Positions 43,548-50,911 of a DNA stretch of 50,911 nucleotides are shown here, piece after piece; position 1 is the first letter of the stretch; each line of letters opens with the position of its first letter. The notes under the pieces are model-generated. The model saw only the letters and a program-made list of their open reading frames with translations. It was not told the DNA's origin and ran no database searches. The translations under genes were made by a program, and so were the position numbers. This DNA comes from Minisyncoccota bacterium (GTDB lineage: Bacteria; Patescibacteriota; Minisyncoccia; Phycocordibacterales; XYD1-FULL-46-19), in contig JBAYKU010000004.1 of assembly GCA_041664425.1 (NCBI GenBank), positions 1 through 50,911 on the forward strand, read 5' to 3'.

Positions 43548-44564
43548 TTATCCGCCGAGATACTTCTTCTTGTTAACTAAATGCTCCTCATAAGTATCGG
43601 CGTAATGCATCTTACCTTGTTTATCGGAAAGATAAAAGACGTAGGTGCTGTCCTCGGGATAGAGAGCGGCTAGAATCGAATCAATACCTGGATTACTAAT
43701 CGGAGCAGGTGGCAGGCCGGCATAACGATAGGTGTTGTAAGGTGAATCAACTTTCAAATCTTTTTTAGTCAAAGTGAAAGTATTTTTATTCATAATATAA
43801 GGAAAGACTGCATCAACTTGGAGCTTCATACCAGAGGCAATGCGCCGCCACAAAATACCAGAAATGATTTTTTTCGCTTCATAATTTTTAGCTTCTTCTT
43901 CTAACAGTGAAGCCATGGTTAAAATCTCATTTTCACTTTTGCCCGATTCGGCAATCACTGTTTGCAGAGGCTTTATTTTTTCCTGATAGATCGAATGGAT
44001 CTGTTCAATAATCTGATCAGTCGAAGCCAGTGGTGAGACATAGTAGGTCTCGGGGAAAAGCTGACCTTCCAAATCGGTAGTCTTAGTAACAAATTCTTTA
44101 GTATTAAAATTAGTCAGAGCTTTTTTCAAAATCAAAGCAAACTCAGCATTGGTGGCACCTTCGGGAAAAGTCACTTTGATCATTTCTACCCCATAATCAC
44201 CACGACGCAACTGCCAAACTATTCGCATCATGTTACGAGGATAAGCAAAGAGATAGATACCAGTCTTAATATGTTTATCTGAACCAGTCAAACGCATCAG
44301 TGTAGTGAAAATTGCTTTGGAACGGATGATTTTATTGTTATAAAGTTGATCGGTCACCACCGGCAAAGATGAACCCTTTTTTATTTCCATTTGCACCCCC
44401 TTTGGTGGCAAGGTTTGTGGTGAAGTCACCAAAACAAAAATTGTTAATAAAATAATTACAACCGTCGCCAGCCAAACATAGAGATGCTGGCGATCGGCCC
44501 GAAATTTTTTTTCTATAAAATCATGTTTAGGATCGATTTGGATAGTGTCGATATGTTTTTTCAT
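43548..44564 (-). CDS. mltG: endolytic murein transglycosylase MltG (YceG-like)
   Basis: N-terminal TM segment, then SLLEEEA and YNTYRYAGLPPAPISNPG, the YceG signatures. Confidence 0.88.
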   Translation of the reverse strand: MKKHIDTIQIDPKHDFIEKKFRADRQHLYVWLATVVIILLTIFVLVTSPQTLPPKGVQMEIKKGSSLPVVTDQLYNNKIIRSKAIFTTLMRLTGSDKHIKTGIYLFAYPRNMMRIVWQLRRGDYGVEMIKVTFPEGATNAEFALILKKALTNFNTKEFVTKTTDLEGQLFPETYYVSPLASTDQIIEQIHSIYQEKIKPLQTVIAESGKSENEILTMASLLEEEAKNYEAKKIISGILWRRIASGMKLQVDAVFPYIMNKNTFTLTKKDLKVDSPYNTYRYAGLPPAPISNPGIDSILAALYPEDSTYVFYLSDKQGKMHYADTYEEHLVNKKKYLGG

Positions 44565-44586
44565 GTAATTTTAGCGAGCGATAGGA

Positions 44587-45795
44587 TTAAATTGTTGGCA
44601 AATTGACTGGCGGTTCGCCACGCTTCGATGGAATACGTTGCAAGGTTGGGGTCGTTGCCACCGAGCCTGGGAAGTGAAAAATGGTAGCAATCTCCTCGGT
44701 CGTCAGGAGCATTGGTTTTTTACTGGCCGGCGGATAAAAATAGGTTCTATTGCAATAATACTGAAAATGCTTCTTTTTTAGGCGTCTCGTTCGCCACTCA
44801 GTCGGATCTTCCCAAAAATAATCGAAGTTAGTCATGAGAGATGGCTTGAGACTATTGAGCCGGTCGTCTTTGTTGACCCCAAATTGTCTAAAAGCCGAGT
44901 TGAGTCCAACACCAACGTTAGGTTTAAGTCCTTCGGTGGCGGCATAGAGGGTGCGCATACCGACATCAAAACCCATCTTACTGAGATTGCGCTCGACAGA
45001 ATCAAGCAGGGCTTTCTCACCTGGTGAAGAGCTTAATTTGATCCAGCTACTCATATCTGCCGTATCAGTGTTGCGCTTCATCAGTTCGTCTACTACTTTT
45101 AAGCCATCTTTTTTCCAATCTGATTTTGAAGCCATAATCATAATCTGAATCCAAATCTGCTCCGTGGGTTTAATCGAGGAAAGAAATTCCAACAAGGGAG
45201 TCATAGGATCAATTTTAAATTCCTCTTTAGGGTCTTTTTCTAATTCAAAATCAATATAGGTTTTGATCGGGTAAACATCAGCCTTGTTTAATTTAAACTC
45301 CCAAGATTTAATATCCCAAGCCGAACCAGGCTGGCCATAATTAACACCGAGAACATAGTCATAGGAGGCTTCCGAAACTTCCACTTCTGGATATTGAGAA
45401 TAGATTCGCGCCTCGACAATATTTTTAAAGAATTTGGGAATCTGAAAATAAAAATGAATTTGCCCACCAATAGAAACCAACTCCAAAGAAAACCAGCCCC
45501 GAATACTACCACCAACATACTTATCGATCATTGTTCCTTCGTAGGTCTGATAAAAAACTTCTAATAAAAGCTCCATCGCTTTTGGTGACTTGGTGATTTC
45601 TTTAGGAATCTTAACTTCTAACAAAACTCGTTCTTCACTGTAAATATAATTGGCTCGAATGTAACGTAAATATATTTCCCAAAAAACAAACATGGTCAAA
45701 ATCGGTAACCATAGATAAGACCACTGCATGAAGTTCATCAGCAATCCCCCTAAAGATTGTAGGAAAAATTCAGTCATACAAAAACGCTCTCTCAA
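44587..45795 (-). CDS. hypothetical membrane protein (402 aa or slightly shorter)
   Basis: N-terminal hydrophobic hairpin followed by a soluble domain. No family assigned. Confidence 0.55.
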   Translation of the reverse strand: MRERFCMTEFFLQSLGGLLMNFMQWSYLWLPILTMFVFWEIYLRYIRANYIYSEERVLLEVKIPKEITKSPKAMELLLEVFYQTYEGTMIDKYVGGSIRGWFSLELVSIGGQIHFYFQIPKFFKNIVEARIYSQYPEVEVSEASYDYVLGVNYGQPGSAWDIKSWEFKLNKADVYPIKTYIDFELEKDPKEEFKIDPMTPLLEFLSSIKPTEQIWIQIMIMASKSDWKKDGLKVVDELMKRNTDTADMSSWIKLSSSPGEKALLDSVERNLSKMGFDVGMRTLYAATEGLKPNVGVGLNSAFRQFGVNKDDRLNSLKPSLMTNFDYFWEDPTEWRTRRLKKKHFQYYCNRTYFYPPASKKPMLLTTEEIATIFHFPGSVATTPTLQRIPSKRGEPPVNLPTI

Positions 45796-45835
45796 TTATA
45801 CTCGAGAGAGCGTTTTTGAACAATATTTTTTGTGT

Positions 45836-46870
45836 TTAAACTACTGTATAACGTCCGTCTTTGGTCTTTTTAAATAATTTGGGATTTTGTAGATTGACCA
45901 AAATAGTATTTTCTTTGACGTGGCGCTCTTTCAAAACTTTAGTGATAACTTCTTCGCGAGTCAATGGGCCGTTTTTCTTGACCAGAGAACGAATCACGTC
46001 AGCGACAGTACCTTTGGAATAGCCCCATTCGACTAGAGCATAGAGACCACGACCAACGAGCACAAAACGGCTATCCTTAATCAATTCATTGTGACAAGTG
46101 GCAGGGTGAGCCTTACGGCCAAAATGTTTAGCAATCGCTTTGGCCACTTCTGAGAAATGCATCGGTGAGCCATTCTGGCGCAATACCAAGTAGGCAAAAT
46201 CACGAATACCACGCATCTTGACGTTTGGCGACTTAATCAAACCCCATTCGCCTAAAGGATTTTTAGACAATTGTTTGGAAATCACTAGCCAGCGTTTGGC
46301 CAAATCAGCCAATTTTGGATCATTGGTGACATCTTTGAGCTCGGTCAAAAAGCGATTGAGTAATTCGGCTTCGGACAAGAGATCGGCATCGTTTAAATTT
46401 TTACACAGACTATCGAGAGAGACCTGGACCCGATCGGCCAAGTTTTTATCAGTCGTCCAGCGATGATGGAAGCTATCATCTTCTTTTAATTTGAAAAAGG
46501 CATCACTCACTACCAAAATAAAATGGAGGTGGTTTTTAGTAGAAGCATCTTTAGTAATAAAATCGAGGAAGCTTTGTTCGTGGACAATACCACCGAAATC
46601 ATCCATCTTTTTCTTTAGGTCCAAAAAGGCTGGCTCGTCAGGGTTGTAATTTTTGGATTTCTTGATGGCGGTAATGCCAAAATTCTCAATCTGACGGACA
46701 CGCTCACGAGTAATCTTATAGACGGAACCGATTGATTCTAAAGTAGCGCGATCGGTACTTGCCCCCAGGCCATAGCGACGAATTAAAACCTCACGCACGC
46801 GTGGCTGGAGTGGTGACAACAGCTTTTTGGTGATTTCCTTCGGCTTAAAATTGATAGTTTCTTTTACCAT
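45836..46870 (-). CDS. sigma-70 region 4-like HTH protein with a C-terminal HARE-HTH domain
   Basis: Contains LESIGSVYKITRERVRQIENFGITAIKK (sigma region 4.2-like). The C-terminal MHFSEVAKAIAKHFGRKAHPATCHNELIKDSRFVLVGRGLYALVEWGY resembles the RpoE-delta/HARE-HTH fold. Confidence 0.6.
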   Translation of the reverse strand: MVKETINFKPKEITKKLLSPLQPRVREVLIRRYGLGASTDRATLESIGSVYKITRERVRQIENFGITAIKKSKNYNPDEPAFLDLKKKMDDFGGIVHEQSFLDFITKDASTKNHLHFILVVSDAFFKLKEDDSFHHRWTTDKNLADRVQVSLDSLCKNLNDADLLSEAELLNRFLTELKDVTNDPKLADLAKRWLVISKQLSKNPLGEWGLIKSPNVKMRGIRDFAYLVLRQNGSPMHFSEVAKAIAKHFGRKAHPATCHNELIKDSRFVLVGRGLYALVEWGYSKGTVADVIRSLVKKNGPLTREEVITKVLKERHVKENTILVNLQNPKLFKKTKDGRYTVV

Positions 46871-46911
46871 GTTTATTTATTTCTATCACTAATCTATAAA
46901 TAAGTCAATAG

Positions 46912-49900
46912 TTAGTCTAAAACAATATTAATAAGCTTATTAGGCACGTAGATTATTCTAATGATTTTTTTGTCATTTGTCCACTTCTGAATGGTTGGTA
47001 GCGATAGGGCAATTTTTTTGGCTTCTTCCTCCCCCATCCCCGGCTCTACTTTAAAGCTATCTCGGACTCGGCCATTGACTGAAACGACCATTGTCAACCC
47101 CTCAGCCTTAATTTTTTTCTCATCAAAAACTGGCCATAAAGCCTGATGAACAGATTTTTTACCACCAAGCTTCAACCAAAGCTCCTCAGCCAAAAAGGGC
47201 GTAAACGGAGCCAATAAGGTTAGAAAATCAAGCATGATCGCCTGGGGAATAACGGGGGCCTTCTCTAGAAAATTAGCAAAAATCATCATCGTCGAGATGG
47301 CGGTATTAAAACTAAAACTTTCAATATCAGCACTGACTTTTTTAATCGCTTTATGCAACTCACTTTCCAACTCTGGCGCTTCTCCACTCTTTTCGACTTT
47401 TTCAGTCGCGCGCCACACTCGCTCCACAAAACGGCGACAACCAATCATGTTTTCAGTACTCCAAGATTTAGACATTTCAAATGGGCCCATAAACATTTCA
47501 TAGAGACGCAAAGTATCAGCACCATAGAGTTTGACCATGTCATCGGGATTGATGACATTGCCCCAGCGCTTGCTCATCTTGCGACTATCTTCGCCTAAAA
47601 TCAGACCCTGATTTTTTAATTGTTGGAAAGGCTCGGGAGCGCCAACCACCCCGAGGTCAAACAGGAACTTATGCCAAAAACGAGCGTAGATGAGATGACG
47701 AGTGGCATGTTCAACTCCGCCGACATACATATCAACAGGTAGCCATTGATCCATTTTTTTCTTGTCGCCGAGAACTTTTTTATTTTTAGGATCAATAAAA
47801 CGCAGATAATACCAAGATGAACCGGCCCATTGGGGCATGGTGTTGGTCTCGCGTTTAGCTTTATCAACACAAACAGGGCATTTGACATTGACCCATTTAT
47901 CAATATCGGCCAGAGGTGACTCGCCTGTGCCGGTCGGGGCATAGCTTTTAACTTTTGGTAGGGTGACTGGCAAATCTTTTTCCGGCACTGGCACCACGCC
48001 ACATTTAGCGCAGTGAATCATGGGAATCGGTTCGCCCCAATAACGCTGACGGGAAAAAACCCATTCGCGCAGTTTATATTTGGTGACAATATGACCACGA
48101 ACAAATTTGGTGATTTGTATTTTGGCTTTATCGTTGGCGAGACCATTGAACTTATCTGAATTGATTAACAATCCATCGCCTATATAGACTGACTGCGAGG
48201 CGTCCTCTACCACCCTCTCGTTTGGCTCACCCAAAATGGCTCGATTCCAAATAACAGTCTTGATCGGCAAATTAAATTTTTTGGCAAAGGCCCAATCGCG
48301 CTCATCATGAGCTGGTACAGCCATAATCGCCCCGAAACCATAATCCGGCAAAACATAGTCGGCCACAAACACTGGCAAATGTTCGCCATTGGCAGGGTTA
48401 ACTACCTCCAAACCCTTGAGTAAGACACCGGTTTTTTCTCTCCCTTCAGCTGTTCTCTCCATTTCCGTTTTTTTGGCTGTGGCTATGACATATTTTTTCA
48501 CTTCATCCATATTTTGGATATCCTCGGCAAAACGATTGACGATCTTATGCTCCGGGGCCACCACCATATAAGTCGCACCAAACAAAGTGTCGGGGCGGGT
48601 AGTAAAAATTTTCAAGCGTTCTAGGGCATGGTCGAGAACCACGGGCTCCACTCGACCGCAAGTATGCGGCTTTTCAGCCTCAAATTGAATTAATTCTCCA
48701 CCTAAGTTTTTATGAATAACAGCAGGCTGATTGTCTCCAATAACCGTATCGGTCAGATCTTGTAAAATTTTAATTTCACCAGCGTTAGCTTTGATTTTTG
48801 CAGTATCAAATTTCCAATTAAAGAAAATTTTTAGCGGAAGAGCCATATTTTTTTCTTTAACATCAGGTTCAATTAGGCCAGAAACCAAAACCGTTTTTGC
48901 AATGGGTGATTCCAAACGCTCTAAAATTTTCATCGCCACCACTGTCCCTAAACTGTGACCAATCAGAATCGTATTGGCATCAAATTTAGCGTTTTGAAGA
49001 ACATAATCAACTTGCTGATCAATTTGAGGTAAGTAAGGATCTGGTAAATCGAGAGCTGTTACCCGATGGCCACGCTTTTCTAATTCACTTTTTAACCACG
49101 GGAAAAAGCAAAGCTGGGAACTACTTTTAAAACCATGCAGGAGCACATAATTAAATTTTTTAGCCACAATAAAATCAATTTCTGCCCCCTCACTGCGACC
49201 GATCCAATTGCGCTGTGATTCTTTGACCGATTCCGGCCAATTCAAACCATCGAGATCGGTCAACAACCGATCGGCATAGTTGGTAATTTTGAGCACCCAC
49301 TGACGCATCGGCTTTTTCTCTACTTCTGAACCACAACGCTCACACTTGCCATCTTCGAGATCTTCGTTGGCTAGACCAGTCTGACAAGATGGGCACCAAT
49401 TGATCGGCTCAAATGATTCATAGGCTAAACCTTTTTTGTAAAGTTGAAGAAAAATCCATTGTGTCCATTTGTAATACTCTGGATCAGTCGTGTCTACTTC
49501 TCGATCCCAGTCGTAGCTGAAACCAATCATTTTCAACTGGCGACGAAAGTTATCAACATTTTTTTTGGTTGAAACCATCGGGTTGACTTTGTTTTTAATG
49601 GCATAGTTTTCCGCTGGCAAACCAAAAGCATCCCAACCCATCGGATGTAGGACAGAAAAACCACTCATTCGCTTGTAACGACTATAGATGTCAGTGGCGG
49701 TATAACCCTCTACGTGGCCCACATGGAGACCTTCGCCCGAAGGGTAGGGAAACATGTCTAAAACGTAGCATTTAGGCTTCTTGTCAGCATCACCAGTTTT
49801 ATTGAGATTATTTTTCTCCCACTCTTTAGACCATTTTTTCTCGATTTTGAGATGATTATATTTTACTTGTCCTTCTATTTTTTTTTCAGCAGTTTTAGAT

Positions 49901-49920
49901 GTTTTTTGTGGTTTTTTCAT
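46912..49920 (-). CDS. leuS: leucyl-tRNA synthetase carrying a ~180-aa inserted domain
   Basis: Contains FPYPSGEGLHVGH, NWIGRSEGAEIDF, FTTRPDTLFGATYMVVAPEH and KMSKRWGN. At 1002 aa it is longer than the roughly 800-880 aa expected for bacterial LeuRS. Confidence 0.93.
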   Translation of the reverse strand: MKKPQKTSKTAEKKIEGQVKYNHLKIEKKWSKEWEKNNLNKTGDADKKPKCYVLDMFPYPSGEGLHVGHVEGYTATDIYSRYKRMSGFSVLHPMGWDAFGLPAENYAIKNKVNPMVSTKKNVDNFRRQLKMIGFSYDWDREVDTTDPEYYKWTQWIFLQLYKKGLAYESFEPINWCPSCQTGLANEDLEDGKCERCGSEVEKKPMRQWVLKITNYADRLLTDLDGLNWPESVKESQRNWIGRSEGAEIDFIVAKKFNYVLLHGFKSSSQLCFFPWLKSELEKRGHRVTALDLPDPYLPQIDQQVDYVLQNAKFDANTILIGHSLGTVVAMKILERLESPIAKTVLVSGLIEPDVKEKNMALPLKIFFNWKFDTAKIKANAGEIKILQDLTDTVIGDNQPAVIHKNLGGELIQFEAEKPHTCGRVEPVVLDHALERLKIFTTRPDTLFGATYMVVAPEHKIVNRFAEDIQNMDEVKKYVIATAKKTEMERTAEGREKTGVLLKGLEVVNPANGEHLPVFVADYVLPDYGFGAIMAVPAHDERDWAFAKKFNLPIKTVIWNRAILGEPNERVVEDASQSVYIGDGLLINSDKFNGLANDKAKIQITKFVRGHIVTKYKLREWVFSRQRYWGEPIPMIHCAKCGVVPVPEKDLPVTLPKVKSYAPTGTGESPLADIDKWVNVKCPVCVDKAKRETNTMPQWAGSSWYYLRFIDPKNKKVLGDKKKMDQWLPVDMYVGGVEHATRHLIYARFWHKFLFDLGVVGAPEPFQQLKNQGLILGEDSRKMSKRWGNVINPDDMVKLYGADTLRLYEMFMGPFEMSKSWSTENMIGCRRFVERVWRATEKVEKSGEAPELESELHKAIKKVSADIESFSFNTAISTMMIFANFLEKAPVIPQAIMLDFLTLLAPFTPFLAEELWLKLGGKKSVHQALWPVFDEKKIKAEGLTMVVSVNGRVRDSFKVEPGMGEEEAKKIALSLPTIQKWTNDKKIIRIIYVPNKLINIVLD
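48625..49164 (-). other. alpha/beta-hydrolase-like (YdeN/RBBP9 serine-hydrolase-like) domain inserted between the GRSEGAEIDF and FTTRPDT blocks of LeuRS
   Basis: Residues ~253-432 read YVLLHGFKSSSQLCFFPWLKSELEKRGHRVTALDLPDP...ILIGHSLGTVVAM...DLTDTVI...EKPH. These supply a GHSLG nucleophile elbow plus candidate Asp and His. Hand counts give 18/60 G+C at 48781-48840 inside the insert, against 31/60 at 48601-48660 in flanking leuS. Confidence 0.6.
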
Positions 49921-50007
49921 GGATAATTTTCCAAAGAATGAGGGTTTAATGTCTCAAATACTACCATTGATTGAGAAAAGATTCAAATACCAAAATATAA
50001 AAAAGAA

Positions 50008-50047
50008 ACACCCCGAATTCTTGCCTATCGGCAAGAATTCGGGGTGT
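50008..50047 (-). terminator. rho-independent terminator downstream of the ParB-like gene
   Basis: 18-bp perfect stem ACACCCCGAATTCTTGCC tatc GGCAAGAATTCGGGGTGT, followed on the minus strand by TTCTTTTTTATATTTT. Confidence 0.8.
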
Positions 50048-50060
50048 GTACACGCAGGAG

Positions 50061-50735
50061 TCAACCATCAATACCAACCAGCTCCCAACCGCGATAGAGA
50101 TCGGGGTTGTTATTTCTAACCCTCTGATCGATCGGCGGTTTTTCATCGACCAAACACACCTCATTCCAATCAATCAGATCGGCTCGTGGTGGCGCTAGAA
50201 CATTCTTGATGACGATGGCTTCGACTGTTGTTCCGACCCGATTGGCCAAAAAACAACGATGCATCCCATCTGGCAAGTAGGCTTCGCCAGAAGAGCACAA
50301 CTCAATAATCGGAGGGAGGTAGTTGGCCAACAGAACTTGTCCAGTCTTGTTGTGCCGACCCAAGATAATCATTGGTGTCTTCTTGGCAAAACCATTGGAG
50401 GCGCAGGAGCCATCAAAAACGCTGTTGAATTCCTGCAAGAACTCCATAATCTTGCGACCATGAACGAAAGTCTGGATAACCTTGAAAGAAAACGGTGAGA
50501 CTCTCTCTAGAGAGAATTCACTTTGAGCATAGAGTTGGAAACCGCCATTGGCGAGACGAACTCGGCGTAACATTTTGTCCAAATAATCCTCCTTGGGCAT
50601 AATCCGCACCTGCTCCACTCGACCCACTTGGGCCAACTCTCTCAGAGATATTACAGTCGCCTTCCTCGGTACCAAAGCATCGGCAATACCAGTGTTTCTT
50701 TTGAACTCCCCTATCGACATCGGCTTGAAAGCCAT
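50061..50735 (-). CDS. ParB/sulfiredoxin-fold (ParB-like nuclease domain) protein; start moved to MAFKPMSIGEF
   Basis: Contains AYLPDGMHRCFLANRVGTTVEAIVI, which matches the DGxHR core of ParB-like nuclease domains. An AAGGAGG SD lies 8 nt before the ATG at 50735. The track's TTG start at 50807 would run into the IS inverted repeat. Confidence 0.5.
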   Translation of the reverse strand: MAFKPMSIGEFKRNTGIADALVPRKATVISLRELAQVGRVEQVRIMPKEDYLDKMLRRVRLANGGFQLYAQSEFSLERVSPFSFKVIQTFVHGRKIMEFLQEFNSVFDGSCASNGFAKKTPMIILGRHNKTGQVLLANYLPPIIELCSSGEAYLPDGMHRCFLANRVGTTVEAIVIKNVLAPPRADLIDWNEVCLVDEKPPIDQRVRNNNPDLYRGWELVGIDG

Positions 50736-50805
50736 TTCAAAGACCTCCTTCTCTATGTTAAACTCCTCTATAAGTGAATTTCTAAGAACCCTAAATTCCG
50801 TTCTC

Positions 50806-50911
50806 AATTAGGACACTCTGTAATAGAGTAACCACATGAAAAAAGCCAAGGATTTGTCTTCGGCCGAACGGTTGGAGATTAAGATTTTGCTCGACAAAGG
50901 ATATTCAAAAC
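50806..50911 (+). mobile_element. 5' end of an IS30-family insertion sequence: terminal inverted repeat AATTAGGACACTC (50806..50818) and the first 25 codons of the transposase (from ATG 50836)
   Basis: Translates to MKKAKDLSSAERLEIKILLDKGYSK. The ..ER.EI..LL..GYS.. segment is the typical N-terminal HTH of IS30 transposases. The IR is the reverse complement of 94..106. Confidence 0.7.

Noticed and set aside
48625-49164. The LeuRS insertion considered as an intein.
   Set aside because: There is no Cys/Ser/Thr at the N-terminal junction, no His-Asn plus Cys/Ser/Thr at the C-terminal junction, and no endonuclease motifs. The sequence instead reads as an alpha/beta hydrolase.
1-50911. The window considered as a circular element whose ends join to make one IS30 transposase gene, or as a 50-kb composite transposon.
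   Set aside because: Joining the ends would give only ~180 nt of transposase instead of ~1 kb. The interior is dominated by essential genes (ribosomal proteins, aaRSs, chaperones), so it is chromosomal DNA between two IS copies.
1-50911. CRISPR arrays, rRNA and tRNA genes.
   Set aside because: I saw no regularly spaced direct repeats and no recognisable tRNA or rRNA signatures while reading the intergenic regions. This is a by-eye negative and should be confirmed with tRNAscan-SE, Infernal and CRISPR finders.

Overview
This 50.9-kb window is bounded on both sides by partial copies of one IS30-family element (3' end at 1-106, 5' end at 50806-50911). Almost all genes lie on the minus strand. 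The core is tightly packed housekeeping: trpS, lexA, valS, pyrD, uppP, dnaJ-dnaK-grpE, rpsI-rplM, rplQ-rpoA-rpsD-rpsK-rpsM-rpmJ-infA, alaS, mnmA, mltG and leuS. This content, together with a short AlaRS and a sigma-region-4/HARE-HTH protein, suggests a small-genome Patescibacteria/CPR-like bacterium; that is inference only. The DNA is a compositional mosaic. Core blocks of roughly 50% GC are interrupted by visibly AT-rich accessory blocks at about 110-800, 2.7-8.4 kb, 10.1-22.2 kb and 31.4-32.3 kb, plus a 0.54-kb patch inside leuS. Main candidates: (1) A RiPP-like cassette at 15.3-17.8 kb. It has a radical-SAM/SPASM maturase split by a frameshift in an A7 run, an unannotated 40-aa Cys-rich peptide with a strong SD and its own terminator, and an M16 peptidase. 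(2) A LeuRS carrying a ~180-aa AT-rich insertion that looks like an intact Ser-Asp-His alpha/beta hydrolase. (3) A 4.2-kb asnB / Nudix::ATP-grasp / histidine-phosphatase module flanked by ~131-bp direct repeats of a histidine-kinase 3' end. (4) A ThiF(E1)-like plus PaaK-like adenylating gene pair. (5) A MNT-HEPN-NDT-like module. (6) ~56-bp repeats that delimit cassettes (1) and (5). (7) A RAYT-type Y1 transposase with three copies of its palindromic REP, one of them in-frame inside the gene. (8) Two structured non-coding regions of unknown class. (9) A perfect GAAC-N4-GTTC SOS box inside a leaderless promoter driving a 52-aa ORF plus lexA. I recognised no rRNA, tRNA or CRISPR array by eye. All calls come from motif reading without searches, so family names are provisional.
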